From the NCBI GenBank assembly GCA_951406725.2, contig OX597814.1, positions 187,922,001 to 187,986,000 of the forward strand: 64,000 bases of DNA, read 5' to 3'. The notes beneath the pieces were generated by a model, which ran no database searches, had not been told where the DNA came from, and saw only the letters and a list, made by a program, of their open reading frames with translations. Positions within the stretch are counted from its first letter, which is position 1. Each line of letters opens with the position of its first letter. Source of the stretch: Octopus vulgaris. Its lineage: Eukaryota. Both the position numbers and the translations under genes were made by a program. Positions 25,801-39,500 of the stretch are shown piece by piece.

Positions 25801-28800
25801 CTGTTACTGTAAGTCCACTGAAATTTATAATTTAACCGTTTAGTGTTATTCTTGTAATTGTTTCCTTATTAATGTTCTTTTGCGAATTTCATAATTAACA
25901 TTTTGTTAAAATATTATTTTATTTAACACAGAGTCTTTGTGATGATGCTTGGGGTGATTGGCGGCCCCATTTAGCTATGATGCTGTCTAATCATTCCATG
26001 AGGCCTGATCATGACAAGAAGAGTATCATTACCTTAGGTGATACTTTAGGTAAGTGGAATTATTTTTGTTTTGGTGAAATTATAGGAATAGGACCTTCTT
26101 CAATCATGAATGACCATGGGCTTGCACCTAGAAAGTTACCCTCCGAGGCACAAGTCCAAGCAAGGTTGTTTATAGATGACCAGCAGTTTCCCATCCATAC
26201 CAGCCTCCTCTCTCCATGCCACTGATATTATTCATGGGAAAGGTGAAGGCTGATACAGCTTGGCACCAGTGACATTGCAACTCATTTCTACAGCAGGATG
26301 AACTGGAGCAATGTGAAATAAAATGTCTTGCTCAAGAACACAACACACATCCTGGTCCAGGAATCGAACTCTGTACCTCGTGATTCTGAGCCTGGCACTC
26401 TAACCACTGAGCCATGCACCTTATTCTGAGACCCTCTTCAGTCACGACACAGACCATGGGATTGCACCTAGAAAGTTACCCTCCCAGGCACAAGTCCGGG
26501 CAAGGTTGTTTATAGAAGACCAGCAGTCGCCCATGCATACCGACCTCTCCTCTCCACACCACCAGTGTTATCCAAGGGAAAGGCAAAGGCTGATACAGCT
26601 TGGTACCTGTGACATCACAACTCATTTCTACAGCTGAGTGAACTGGAACAACTTGAAATAAAGTGCCTTGCTCGAGAAAACAACATGCACTCCTGTCTGG
26701 GATTTGAGCTCACAACCTCACGATTGTAAGCTCGATACTCTAACCACTGAGCCATGCGCCTTCACTGAGCCATGCGTTTCACATGCACCTTATTAGAAAC
26801 CTAATAATTCTATTCAGTATCATACTGTCTGTGTTCTCCCTGATCAGTTGCTGATCCTTTATAGAGCTCAGGAGTACATCACATTAAAGTACTGTTCACA
26901 CACTTGGGATAGTTCTGTTGCTCTACACCAGTGATTCTCAACTGGGGTCCATCAGCAAAAATGGCTGAGGAACACTGCTTTGCACGAAATAATCATAGAA
27001 TACCCCACTCACAACAGTCTCTAGCACAGGTGAGGTTAGTTTTAGCATGGATGCCCTTCCAAATGCCAACCATGTTACAATGTGGACTGGATGTTTTTAA
27101 CATGGCACCAGCACTGGCAGGGTAACCAAGTAACTCACAAGACAAGGAATGATGAGAGAGGTAGGGGCATTTGAGGAGAGGAACTTGTGTCAGACAGAGG
27201 ATGAAAGGTTAAAGTGTGACAAAGAGACAGAAAGACAGAAGCAGGTGTCTTGTCACCTGCTTCTGTCTGTCTGTCTCTCTCTTTGTCACACAACAGAGAG
27301 GGCATTAGAGGAGGTGATCCAGTAACAGATGATGAAAGGTTAGAGTGTGACAGAGAAATAGAGAGGCAGAAATAAATATCTTGCTATAGAGGAGGTACAT
27401 GGTTATCTGGCGTGTGTGTGAGAGAGAGGTACAAGAAAGAAGCCAACACGATTTGAGTGTGGCCGTTGCCAGTACTGCCTGACTGGCCCTCGTGCTGGTG
27501 GCACGTAAAAGCACCCGCTACACTCTCAGAGTGGTTGGCGTTAGGAAGGGCATCCAGCTGTAGAAACTCTGCCAGATCAAGACTGGAGCCTGGTGCAGCC
27601 ATCCGGTTCGCCAGTCCTCGGTCAAATCGTCCAACCCATGCTAGTATGGAAAGCAGACATTAAACGATAATGATGATGATAAAACCTAAGGATGTGGCTA
27701 TAGAAATATTTTAGTTACTGTTTGCTATTATTCTTTAGGTCAGGTAATCTTACAATCATTTTAGAGTATGAATGATAAAAATTACAAGTTTAAAAACCTT
27801 GTATATATATATTTTTTCTCTCTCTTGCAGCTGCTAAGGGCTTTCTTCATGCCAGTCATTTCTGTTATTTGATGGCACAAGTTCACTTTGGCATTTACTC
27901 TAAAAAGACATCAAAGATTGTCCTCATTGGTTCATCTCACAGGTAATAATATATTGTTAATATTGTTATACTATTTTACTCTTTTACTTGTTTCAGTCAT
28001 TTGACTGCGGCCATGCTGGAGTACTTATTCTTTGTAAGCCTAGTACTTATTCTATCGGTCTCTTTTGCCGAACCGCTAAGTTACGGGGACATAAACACAC
28101 CAGCATCGGTTGTCAATCGATGTTGGGGGGACAAACACACACACACACACACACACATATATACATATATACGACGGGTTTCTTTCAGTTTCCGTCTGCC
28201 AAATCCACTCACAAGGCTTTGGTCGGCCCGAGGCTATAGTAGAAGACACTTGCCCAAAGTGCCATGCAGTGGGACTGAAGTCAGAACCATGTGGTTGGTA
28301 AGCAAGCTACTTACCACACAGCCACTCCTGCACCTATATATGTTATATATATGTTAAATATACATAACTATGTGTATTAAGATGTTGCTTATAATTTTTA
28401 TTCCTTATATTTCCTAGTTTATCTTTGAAAGAGTTTGCAACCAATGAAGCCATTCAATGCACTGAAATATTTGAATATGCCCAGTCTTTGGGGAACCCTC
28501 TCTATTTTTTACCTTCTTTTCAAGTAAGTACTTCCATATGCATTTCTAAAACTCTCATTTTGTCCTTATGTTTCTGTTTTATGTCGGTACTTTTTGTGAA
28601 ATGATATTTTTTCCATTTTGTGCTTTCAAGATAAAAATTTGTTCTTTTAGCTTCTTCCCTTCATCACACTTCTAGCTCAGCTAAATAAAAATTATATCTT
28701 GTAAACCACTAAGCTAGTTTAAGGTTTTTAGCTTTTAACTCTTCCACAATGTTGCCCACACTGCTCTATGTAGTAAGTTTAAAAAGTTGTTTCTCTGTTT

Positions 28801-31800
28801 TTTTTTCAGGATATGGTGTAGTTTTGCAATACTTAACACTATATCTATTCCACTTTCCTTTTATTTTTGACATTGTTGGCTCTTATTAAACCATTAGTCT
28901 TGATCAAGTTCTAGATTTTAGACTTCTTTAATGTCTACTCCCATTAGTTTATGTTATATAAAATCTAAGGTATTGGTTCTTGTACTACCATAGATAATTT
29001 TTCTATTCTAAAAAGTGACTAATTCTGTCGGATGTGATTTATTATACGGAAATTAAGGAAAGTAGCTTTATGTTATTGAATGGAAATATAGTGAATGGAA
29101 ATTTATTGAATGAAAATTTTACTGTCCTTTGTTTGGAAAATTGTGACTTGTTAATGTTGTATTTTGTAATTTTCTTTTTAGCCATACAAATTATTATATG
29201 CCTGTCGCCTAGCAGAGTATGGATTGACCCAAGAGGTAGGTTTTGACTCTTGTAGATATAAAGTTTTAATGCGTGCTTTGTTTTCAATTAAAGTATATTC
29301 CTCATTTGGCAATATTGAATGTCAGTTGAATTAAAGAATTTTATTTGATTATAATCCATCTTTTAGAAACAATAACTTAGTTTAAAGAAGTGGTAATAAA
29401 AGTGTTAATTACAAGCTAAAATAAAAGGGGTGTATTTATACTTGTCAAAGTGAGAAAAGTTTTATAATTAATACTTTGTCATCTATGTTTAGATGAAATT
29501 GTTCTGGGATTTCAACTCTGTTATATTTTCAGTGTCAGTATAAGTTCTTTTTTATATATATATATATAAACACACACACACACATATAAATAAAAGACAA
29601 GGCATAAATATGTCATAGAAATATGTAATGACCATTATTTATGCCTTGTTTTGTATATCACTCAGTGTAAAAATCAGTATAACTGGAACACAACCATAGA
29701 TTTACAATATAGAATGGTAATGAACTATAACCTTGGACCCTGCCACAAGAATACGCAGAGTTATTTACTAATCTAAACAATATTGTTATCATAGTGTACT
29801 AAAAGGGAGCTTATAAAGTATTTTGCCTGAGTCATTTTGAAATGTAGCATTCTAATGAAATAGAAATATAGGAATATTGCATAAGAATAGTAAAACTTCA
29901 TATCTGGAATATAAAGTTATCAATAATGGTGTTGTATTTTTAATTTTTCTACAGGCATTGCATTACTGTGAAGTGATAACATTATCTGTGATAAGTAACC
30001 CAGTTTGCTATCAGTTAACTGTGGTTAAGGTGCTAAATGAGGTAAGTCTTTGCATCATTAACTTCATCTTCTGCATTATAATTTATCAATTTATTCTTGT
30101 ATATTTGGAATAGAATTTCTTTTAATTTGACATGCCTCAAACTTTGTGTTGTCTCTAAAATCAAAGTATTGGGTCATCCCATAAATAATACGTTTTTTTT
30201 AAAAAATACTTCTTTTATTTTTCAAAATTAAGATAAACAAAGTTCTTTTTTAATCTAAAATATACTCTCCTTCATTTTCTACAATGCTCTTCTAGCTATC
30301 TGGTTGACTTGCAAGGACCCTCTTCCAAAATTCACTTTTCTGTGATGAAAAATACTCCTCCAGTACTGTTCTGATCTCGCCTACAGAATTCATATCTTTT
30401 CTGTCTGAATGATTTTGAAGACTGTGGAATAATTTATAATCAGAAGGGGCAATGTCTGATGAATATGGTGGGTTGGGCATCGTTTCCCATTCAAACTGCT
30501 CCAGCCTTTGGAATGTCTTTCTTGCTGTATGTGGCTGAGCATTATCCTGATGGAAGAACTCCTTTTGTCTTGAAACTAAAGATGGTGGTTTTTCTTCTAG
30601 CATTGACTTTGAAGTCAATAAATGTTCAGACTTTGCAAATGATTGTGAAGGACCAGAGAATTTGATATAATTGTATTTCCAGGCTTTTTCTTAGAGTTTC
30701 ATCATCATTACAAAAGCCTTTCTTAAATTTCAATTGAAGTTCAGTCAAGAAGCTTAGGCTGAATTTAAAAAAAAAATTTCTGGTTATGGGAGAGTTGTTC
30801 CCAAAGTAATAATTTCTTTTTCAGAAAAACCTAAGGAGAAAATATGAATTTGTTAACGTATTTTTTTGTAGATCTCCAATCGCCTGAAGTGTTATGATCC
30901 TCAGCATTTACAGCAAGGAGATATGTCTGATCCAGTTTGGTTACAACAGTTGGGAAACATCTGTAAAAGCTTTGAAGTTAGTAAAAGTTTTTGTTATTAA
31001 TGTTTTTAGTTCTTCTCTGTCGTAGCCAACTAGATAGAACCAGTAAAAGACTTAAATATTTTTAATCTTCTGTAACAAATAATATATATTTTTTAAATAT
31101 TTGTACTTTCTTTTAACATAACAAATTTAATGCTTTTTTCACAAAATCTAAATTTACCAATGGTATTGTAAGTACCAAATTGAACCAGAAAATAGAAACA
31201 TACAATGCTCTTCATTGTTAATCTATAAATTTTCCAGTTTCTTCCTCTCATTTTATCAAGAAACTAGCAGTATCGCCCGGCGTTGCTTGGGTTTGTTTCG
31301 ACCCTTTAGAATTGGAATTTTTGAAAAGTAAAAATTTTGCATTATGTAGCTTGTTATTCTCTTTAAGTGAGCATTTTTCTGTTTGAAATACACCGAAAAA
31401 TGGCGACACAGCAGTAAAAGAATCGTAAAATATAGGGATTTTCATAGAAAAAAGCACCTTTTTGATGTAAATAATTTTTTGTGTTAACATGGTCCGATTT
31501 GAATTTTATCTTCTACGGAGTGAAGAGCAAGCCTTCTTCTATCATCATACTCTCAATTTTGGTCTACTTGTGCTGCAGGGTCTTGGAGGAGATAGTGTTA
31601 GTTGAAGGCTACCAAACCTGCCACACACAGACAACTTCAGCATTATATATAGAGATAATTGAAATTATGTAAACATTGTTTGAAGATTCAGATGAAAGTA
31701 CTATATTTAATAGAAATATTTCATTAATAAATTGTTGTTTTTTTATCATTTTTGACTTTCCATTCACAGGAAGGCGCAATACAACCATTATCTGGTTCTG

Positions 31801-32293
31801 CTACACCATTAGGACCCCAAACAACGGCAACTAGCAGTGAAAGTGGAGAAGTGGCAAATTACCTAAATAATATGCAAGATTCTTTGGTGTCTGGCTATTC
31901 ACAAGGAGCGATGGGAAGTTATATTCAAGATCAACAGTGGGGTGCACCCGGTATCTCAACTGAGGCTGGTTACAGTGGAGAGCAACATCAACAGCAGCCT
32001 TTTCTTGAACAGCATTTACCTAATAATAATTATTTTAACAATTCAGTTAGTGCACAACAACACTCTCAGCAACAAGTACTACAGCATCAACAACAATATC
32101 AGCAACAACTAAATAGTCAACAACAGTTTCATGGAAATGCTGGTAAATACCTACAAACAGTTTTCTTTCGTACCATTTTAATTACACTTCTTTAAATACA
32201 TTTAAACACTCTACATTGTTAATCCGATTTGTTTACAGAATCTCTTTATCACCATTACTAATATAATATTAATGCCTCTTTTGATAGACACTG

Positions 32294-32346
<53 letters not shown>

Positions 32347-32670
32347 TATATACTGGCACTTGTACTGGTGGCACGTGAAAAAACATTCGAGCGAGGTTGT
32401 TGCCAGTGCTGCTGGACTGGCTCCTGTGCAGGTGGCACATAAAAAGCACCATTTGAGTGTGGCCATTGCCAGTACTGCCTGACTGGCCCTCGTGCCGGTG
32501 GCAACGTAAAAGCACCCACTGCACTCTCAGAGTGGTTGGTGTTAGGAAGGGCATCCAGCTGTAGAAACTCTGTCAGATCAGATTGGAGTCTGGTGCAGCC
32601 ATCTGGTTGGCCAGACCTCAGTCAAATCGTCCAACCCATGCTGGTATGGAAAGCGGACGTTAAACGATGA

Positions 32671-32705
<35 letters not shown>

Positions 32706-33102
32706 CAGATGTGTGTGTGTGTGTATAAACCTTTTGTTGTAGAAATATAAACATGGCAAATTTAACTACATCTCCCAAAACAGAAAAACAATGATGAACA
32801 CCTTTAATTGATTTTTGAACCTTAGTGCGTTCTCATCAGAGGTGTCTACATCATTTAACCAATCCCAGAGAAATAAGCAGCCTGTCTTTTTATATACACA
32901 ACAAATCCAGTAGATTCAGAGAACTGTTTATATATTCTGGCTGTAAAACCAAACCAAAATGATATGCAAGTGGGATTCTGTACCTCAATGCATGCACACC
33001 GACTGCAATGACCTGTTCAACTTATACCAGCATGCAAAGCTAATGAAATGATGAGATTTATACACCTACACTAAGTTATTTCATATATATGCTAGATTAC
33101 TT

Positions 33103-33135
<33 letters not shown>

Positions 33136-33503
33136 CATCATCATCATCGTTTAACGTCCGTTCTCCATGCTAGCATGGGTTGGACGGTTCGACCGGGGAT
33201 CTGGGAAGCCAGAAGGCTGCACCAGGCTCCAGTCTGATCTGGCAGTGTTTCTACAGCTGGATGCCCTTCCTAACACCAACCACTCTGTGAGTGTAGTGGG
33301 TGCTTTTTGCGTGTCACCGGCACAGGTGCCAGGCGAGGCTGGCAACGACCACGATCGGATTGGTGCATTTTACGTGCCACCGGCACGGAAGCCAGTCAAG
33401 GCGGTGCTGGCATCGGCCACGATTCGGATGGTGTTTTTTATGTGCCACCGGCACGGAAGCCAGTCTAGGCGGCACTGGCATCGGCCACGTTCAGATGGTG
33501 CTT

Positions 33504-33536
<33 letters not shown>

Positions 33537-36500
33537 GATGCAATCAATAAATTGTTGCCATTTTATAGTTTTAATTTTGTGCATGTACATTGTTTGTTTT
33601 TGATTTTGTCTACTACACAGTATAGTAGGATCAGTTGGGCACAGTACTTATTCTTTTGGTATCTTTTGCTGGACCTCTCAGGTTTAGATTAGTGGTAACA
33701 TCCTAGTAGGCTAAGTTTCTCACATAGATTTGTCACATTTATTCTTGTGATTCTTATGTCCTTGAAGAAAATGTGTTATCCACAACCAATTTAAATGTTA
33801 AGACTTTTTGCATGTTTGATGAAAGCAATTGAAAAGTGCTTTTGTGAGCATTCATTTGCTATAATAGGATTATAATAAATTATATTTGGAGATACTGATA
33901 TTGAGGAGAAAAAAAAAGAAGAGAAAAATAAACATTGTCAAAGATAATTATAGCCTAAGATAAGAAGAGTAATGTGCCTTGCTAAATAGCAGCCTTTGAT
34001 TCTTAACTCATTACCATTGTACTTCTTATAACATATTCTTTTACTAGCTCCAGTCAGTGGACTGCATTCATGCTGGGGATTTTTACTAGAAAAGCTCTTA
34101 GTTGATTATAGCAATCACAGATTTTAGTCGAGCACTTATTTTATCAGCTTTGAAAGTGAATGGTAGGCAAAGTCAGTATGGTGTAAAGGGACATAATCAA
34201 GGCAAATCAAATACTGCAAGGTATTTTTTATTTAGTGCTCTGATTTTGCGCTCTCACTCTGTACATACATCAATGACTGATGCATCTGGACACATCTTCA
34301 GTGATGTGCCTAGTATCTTCGAGTGTTTTGAGTCTTACAACATCATACACCCTCCTCCAGGTTACCCAGCTGGGGCTGATCAGACAGACCCCAGCTTGTG
34401 TCCTGATGGCCAGTTAGCTAACTCATGGCTCTTCTCTTTTGATCTACAGCCATCTTGAGGCCCCCTTTGCTGCATCAGTGGTACTGCAGATGGTCTTCTT
34501 CACTCCTTCAATGCCCAAACTATGGAAGGCTCTGGTCAGGGAATGGGCTGCAAAACCCCTGTATCCAACCTCCACTGAGAGACACCTTGCTCTTAAGGAC
34601 TTGGGCATGCCTCCAGCAGTACCGTCCTTCACCATGTGCCCCTGTGCAGCATCTGAGGATGTGTTCTAGGGTTCCTCGTTTGAAATACAATGCACATGGT
34701 GGTGTCTCTGCTATACTCCATGCGTACAGGTTTGATGGGTTTGGAAGCACATCATACACTGCCTGGATGAGGAATTTAATGTGTGAGGCTTGGCTTTCCA
34801 CAGCTCAGCCCAGGTCACTTTCCTCTTGGCCACATTCTCTCATCTTGTCCAGGCTCCCGGTTGCTTCATTCCCACTACCTCGCATGTTCTCATTTCCTCC
34901 ACTGCAGCTCTCACCTCCTCATGAACAAGGCAGTGCCCTTCCTTCCCACTGGTGTTTGTTTGGGGAGTTGGAAAGTAGCCTAGCCCAGCTCTGCCTTGTG
35001 TGACCACTCCTACAATTCTCCTTTTGGTGCAGCCTTGCCTCTGCCTCTTGAACTGCATCGTCTGCTCTTCACTTCCTGTCAGTCCTCACTTGGATCCCTG
35101 CTTTAGCCACCTTCAGATCACAAGAGTTCCTGTACTGGACCACTTCTCTGGATCTTGTCACCTTGAATTCCTCTTCCAATGATTTGAAGGGCAACTGCAG
35201 TTTGGTGTTGTTGCTGTAAAGCGTGATGCTGCTCAGGCTCCTTGGTAATCCAAGCCATCTCCAGAGGTGGTTGCTGACCCTCCTCTCTCAGGTCTCTACT
35301 GTTGAGATGGGGATTGCATAGACAAGGAGGGACCACAGGATCCTGGGAAGAATGCTGTGTTGGTAGACCCAGGCTTTGAACTTCCTAGGTAGGCCTGACT
35401 TGTCCACGGATTTCAGCCAGCCATCCAACTCAGTGCAGGCTGACTGGATAGATGTAGTATCTCTCAATGAGCTGTTGAAAACCTTGCCCAAGCTCTTGAC
35501 TGGCTTCTCTGTGATTGCTGGAATGGCTAACTTCTTGATCCCAAAACTATGCATGCGCACACATATATATTCATTTGCATAAATGCTTATGACTGGCTTT
35601 TACTGATCCCATTTACCAAATTCTATTCAAAAGTCTTTTGTTGACTTGAAGCTATGGTAGAGAAAAATACCGAGTGTCACACAGTGGACTTTAAGATGGG
35701 AACATGAGGTTGTGAAGCAAACATTTTAATTATACACTAAAGTATATAAGTTCAAATATTTTTGTATGAAGATTCATTTTTCTGTTTCTAGTCATTCAGG
35801 TTTCATTCCTTGTAATATTTTATTATTTATAGAATATTCCTATAATTATACACAACAACAACAACAACAGCCACAAGAATCTATGTATAACTATCAAGAA
35901 GAAACAGATGGACTTCAGAATTCAAATTATCCCCAGAACGAGCCTGATAATAGAATCCATGCCCCTCAAGGTAAGACATTGTTTTTTTTTTTCTTTTTTA
36001 TCCTTTAATAATCAGAATCCATTTATTGTGTTGGCACAATAGCAAATTCTTGTGTTTAAAATGTTAGCTGAGAGAGAAGAGGCACTTAAGCTTTTGTATG
36101 GTATGGTCTTCTTGACGGGTGTCAGTAATGTACTTGACTGTCAGTTTGAAAAACTGGAGGTCAACATCTGTTGGTAAAATGTGGGAGAGTTGGGATTCTC
36201 GAGGGTGGTGAGAATGGTTAATAAAAAAAAATGCTCTGTGCAGAATCTGGCAGGTAAAGCATAGTAGGTAGGTTGGGTAGATTGAGAAGACCTGGATGTT
36301 TCTCAGAGTTTTATGTGTATGCGTGTGTTTGTGTGTGTCTTTGTCTTGACATCACATGATGGTTGTAAATAACCATCACCATCATACAAATGATGTTGCT
36401 CATTTTTAGTCTTCAGTGAAAAACATGTCTGGCTATGGAAACATATTACCTTGTTTAGAATCAGCTGAACATTGGCAATAGGAAAGGTATCTAGTCAAAG

Positions 36501-39500
36501 AAAATCTGCTTAGTAAATTTACATCTGACCCATGCAAGCATGGAAAATGGATGTTAAAAATGATGATGATACATATTGCCAAATTTGCAAGCCAAAGATG
36601 AAGCTTTTCTCTATATTTGATGCAAAAAAAGAATTGAAATCCTTAGTTATTGTTTTTTTTTTTACTGTTTCACATTTGTTTTTCCATACTAGCATGATTT
36701 GTATACAGTTTTTATAGATTTGGACATCTGCTTGCTTTCAAAGCTATGATTTTTATTGTTGATTGCTTTTCCTAATACTATCATTTGAGTGAAGTTGTTG
36801 CCAGTGCTGCTGGACTGGCTCCTGTGCAGGTGGCATGTAAAAAGCACCATTTGAGCATAGCTGTTGCCAGTACCGCCTGGCTGGCCCTTGTGCCAGTGGC
36901 ACATGAAAGCACCCACTGCATTCTCAGAGGGGTTGGCATTAGGAAGGGCATCCAGCTGTAGAAACTCTGCCAGATCAGATTGGAGCCTGGTGCAGCCATC
37001 TGGTTCGCCAGCCCTCAGTCAAATCATCCAACCCATGCTATTATGGAAAGCGGACGTTAAACGATGATGATGATGATAACTATTAAAATCTAAATTGAGA
37101 AGTAAGTTTGAAAGTGACGTCTGTCAGACAGACTGACACAATCAGAGTTGTATTTGTATTCATTACTATGTCTTCAGCAGTCAGATGCCTCAACCACACA
37201 ACTGTCATCTCTAAAATTTCTAATGCTACCTTATTTAGTCTTCTATGCAAAATAAATGTGAAACAGTCAGAAAGTGAAAATAAATTAAAAGATTTTTTTT
37301 TGTTGTAAAAGGTTAGGAAAAAAAAAATCACTGAGAGATTCTTTATGATAATCTATTTGTTTCTGATGTTTTTATAGAGACAGTTGGATCTGATGCCCAT
37401 CTTGGAGCTGGAAATATTACAAGTGATAATCAAGCATTTGGCAGTCAAGAACAGCAGGTTTCAGCCATATCTGGGACACAGTCTTGGGAAAAGCCTTTAC
37501 ATCCACCCCAAGCTCAAAATCTAACCCAAGGATCTAATTCACATTCTGAAGAAGGAGTATCTGGAGATCAAGTAGGTTCTTCAACAACAGACACAACTAA
37601 TTCTGAAGGAGGTGGATTTGATTATTTTGGAAGCAGTACACACAAGGTGAGCAACCAGTTGTAGTATTTACGAAAATGAACTATTCCACTCCTCAAATGA
37701 GACAGCATTAGCAATTGATGGCATCTCAGTATTAAGATTTCCTTTTTTTTTTTAATTTTATTAAAGTATTATAATAATGGGTTGTTTTCAAATTATTATC
37801 ATCTGGGTAATTTTGTGGAATATATTTTAATTTTTAACTTCTCCAAAAGCTTGCAGATGTATTGCGATGTTTTATTATATTCAAAGATTTTGGCGCTTTG
37901 TTGTATTCTGCAAATCATTGTGACTTTTAAAAATTCAGTTGAGAAGTATTTTCTCAGACATGGCGATTATATTATCTTAGATGAATAACAACTTTGTCTC
38001 TGTTATAAAACTTGTTTACGTGTATTCTAAAATTTTATGGAAATATTTTATTTTAGAAAAGTATATCAAATTGTAAATAAATAAGCAAATTCTTCAGAAA
38101 CCTTGTTCGCGTTTTTCATGGCCTTGATTATTTTATAAAAGATAAAATTACTGCATTACTAATAAATGATTTCTGATATGGGATACACTGGTTATGTATA
38201 TATATATATGTCAATAAGAAGAAAAGATTTGCTTGTAAGGCTAATGACTTAGTTGATGTTACATGAACTTTTGATGTTATAACAGTTCTGAGATTAAACA
38301 GAGCGTGCAGCCTTTTAATCCTTCATTTGTGGATAAAATTGTTTCTTAAATATATTTGCTTATAAAGATATTTTCAATAATAATAGAGTAGAATGAGGAG
38401 CAGATAAAATGCATTGCTACTCCTATGCAGAAAAATGTTATATAATTTTTTTCCTGTGACCCTAGAGAAGCAAAACAATTTAATTATTTATTATTCAATT
38501 ACATCCAAAAGTAAAGTTGAAGCAAAACTTTTGTTGATACCTTATAGAGAAGGAGAACAGCAAATCTTTGATAATGTAACTGTTGCACTGTCAAAGAACT
38601 CTACTAAAAATGTTAGTAGGTTTAGCTGAAGTGCATATTATATTTATTTAGATTTATAGTATTGGAGAATGTATCTTTTTTTTTTGTGCTGTTTAGTATA
38701 GTTATCTTTTTTTCAAATGTTCAACTTAAATTTCCATACATTCAGTTATACTGTTTATCTTTAAAGAGTATGAAGTTAATTATTTATATTTCTTTTGCTT
38801 TTGGATTTGATGTTATAACCTTTAAAATTGTGTTTATAATTAACCTTCCAGTTAGTTAATTAATTATAGCTTAAAAATGTGGTTACTTAAGTAAGGAATT
38901 AGCTTATTCTTTTGAGGAAAGCTTGTTTGTACAACATGGTTGATGATACAATAAGCAATGTATTATCTGAAGTCCACTGATTATCATCAAGATGGTGGTA
39001 TGATGTATCATCATTGTTTAAAGTTGGAGATAGATAGAGAGAGAGAAAGACATACACACACACACAGAAGTACAGTTTGAGGCTGAAATCAATAGAAGCT
39101 GTAAAGGAAAGAGAGTTCTATTAGAAGAGCTTCTAATTTCAGAATCAACATGGATATTTCATTAGAATTTAGCAGAGAAACAAACTGATGCTAAATGTTT
39201 GTGTGAAAATGATGAAGAATTTAGTAAAGTAATTTTGCCATTATTAAGCTGGTGTTTGGAACATCAATTAACATAATATTTTGAAAAAAAGCTTTTCATT
39301 TAGATCACTTTAATACAGGAAATTTGTGCCATAGAACCAGGCATGGTCTTCAGACTGCTTGGTATCAAAAGGGTTATAGCAGAAGAACTTTCTCACCTGA
39401 ACTTTTTTACAAATGGAACTGTCAGAAAGTTTGTCCCTGTGATAGTAACTTAATGTTATTATTTGATGAATTTCATTTACCCAGGTGCAAAATAGAACAT

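Noticed and set aside
26090-26215. Family B 3' tail as an HDV-like ribozyme
   Set aside because: Several hairpins exist but no P3/L3/P1.1 of the required size could be placed.
26690-26765. tRNA-like sequences at SINE heads
   Set aside because: A and B boxes are present but there is no complete cloverleaf, and each continues into a SINE body.
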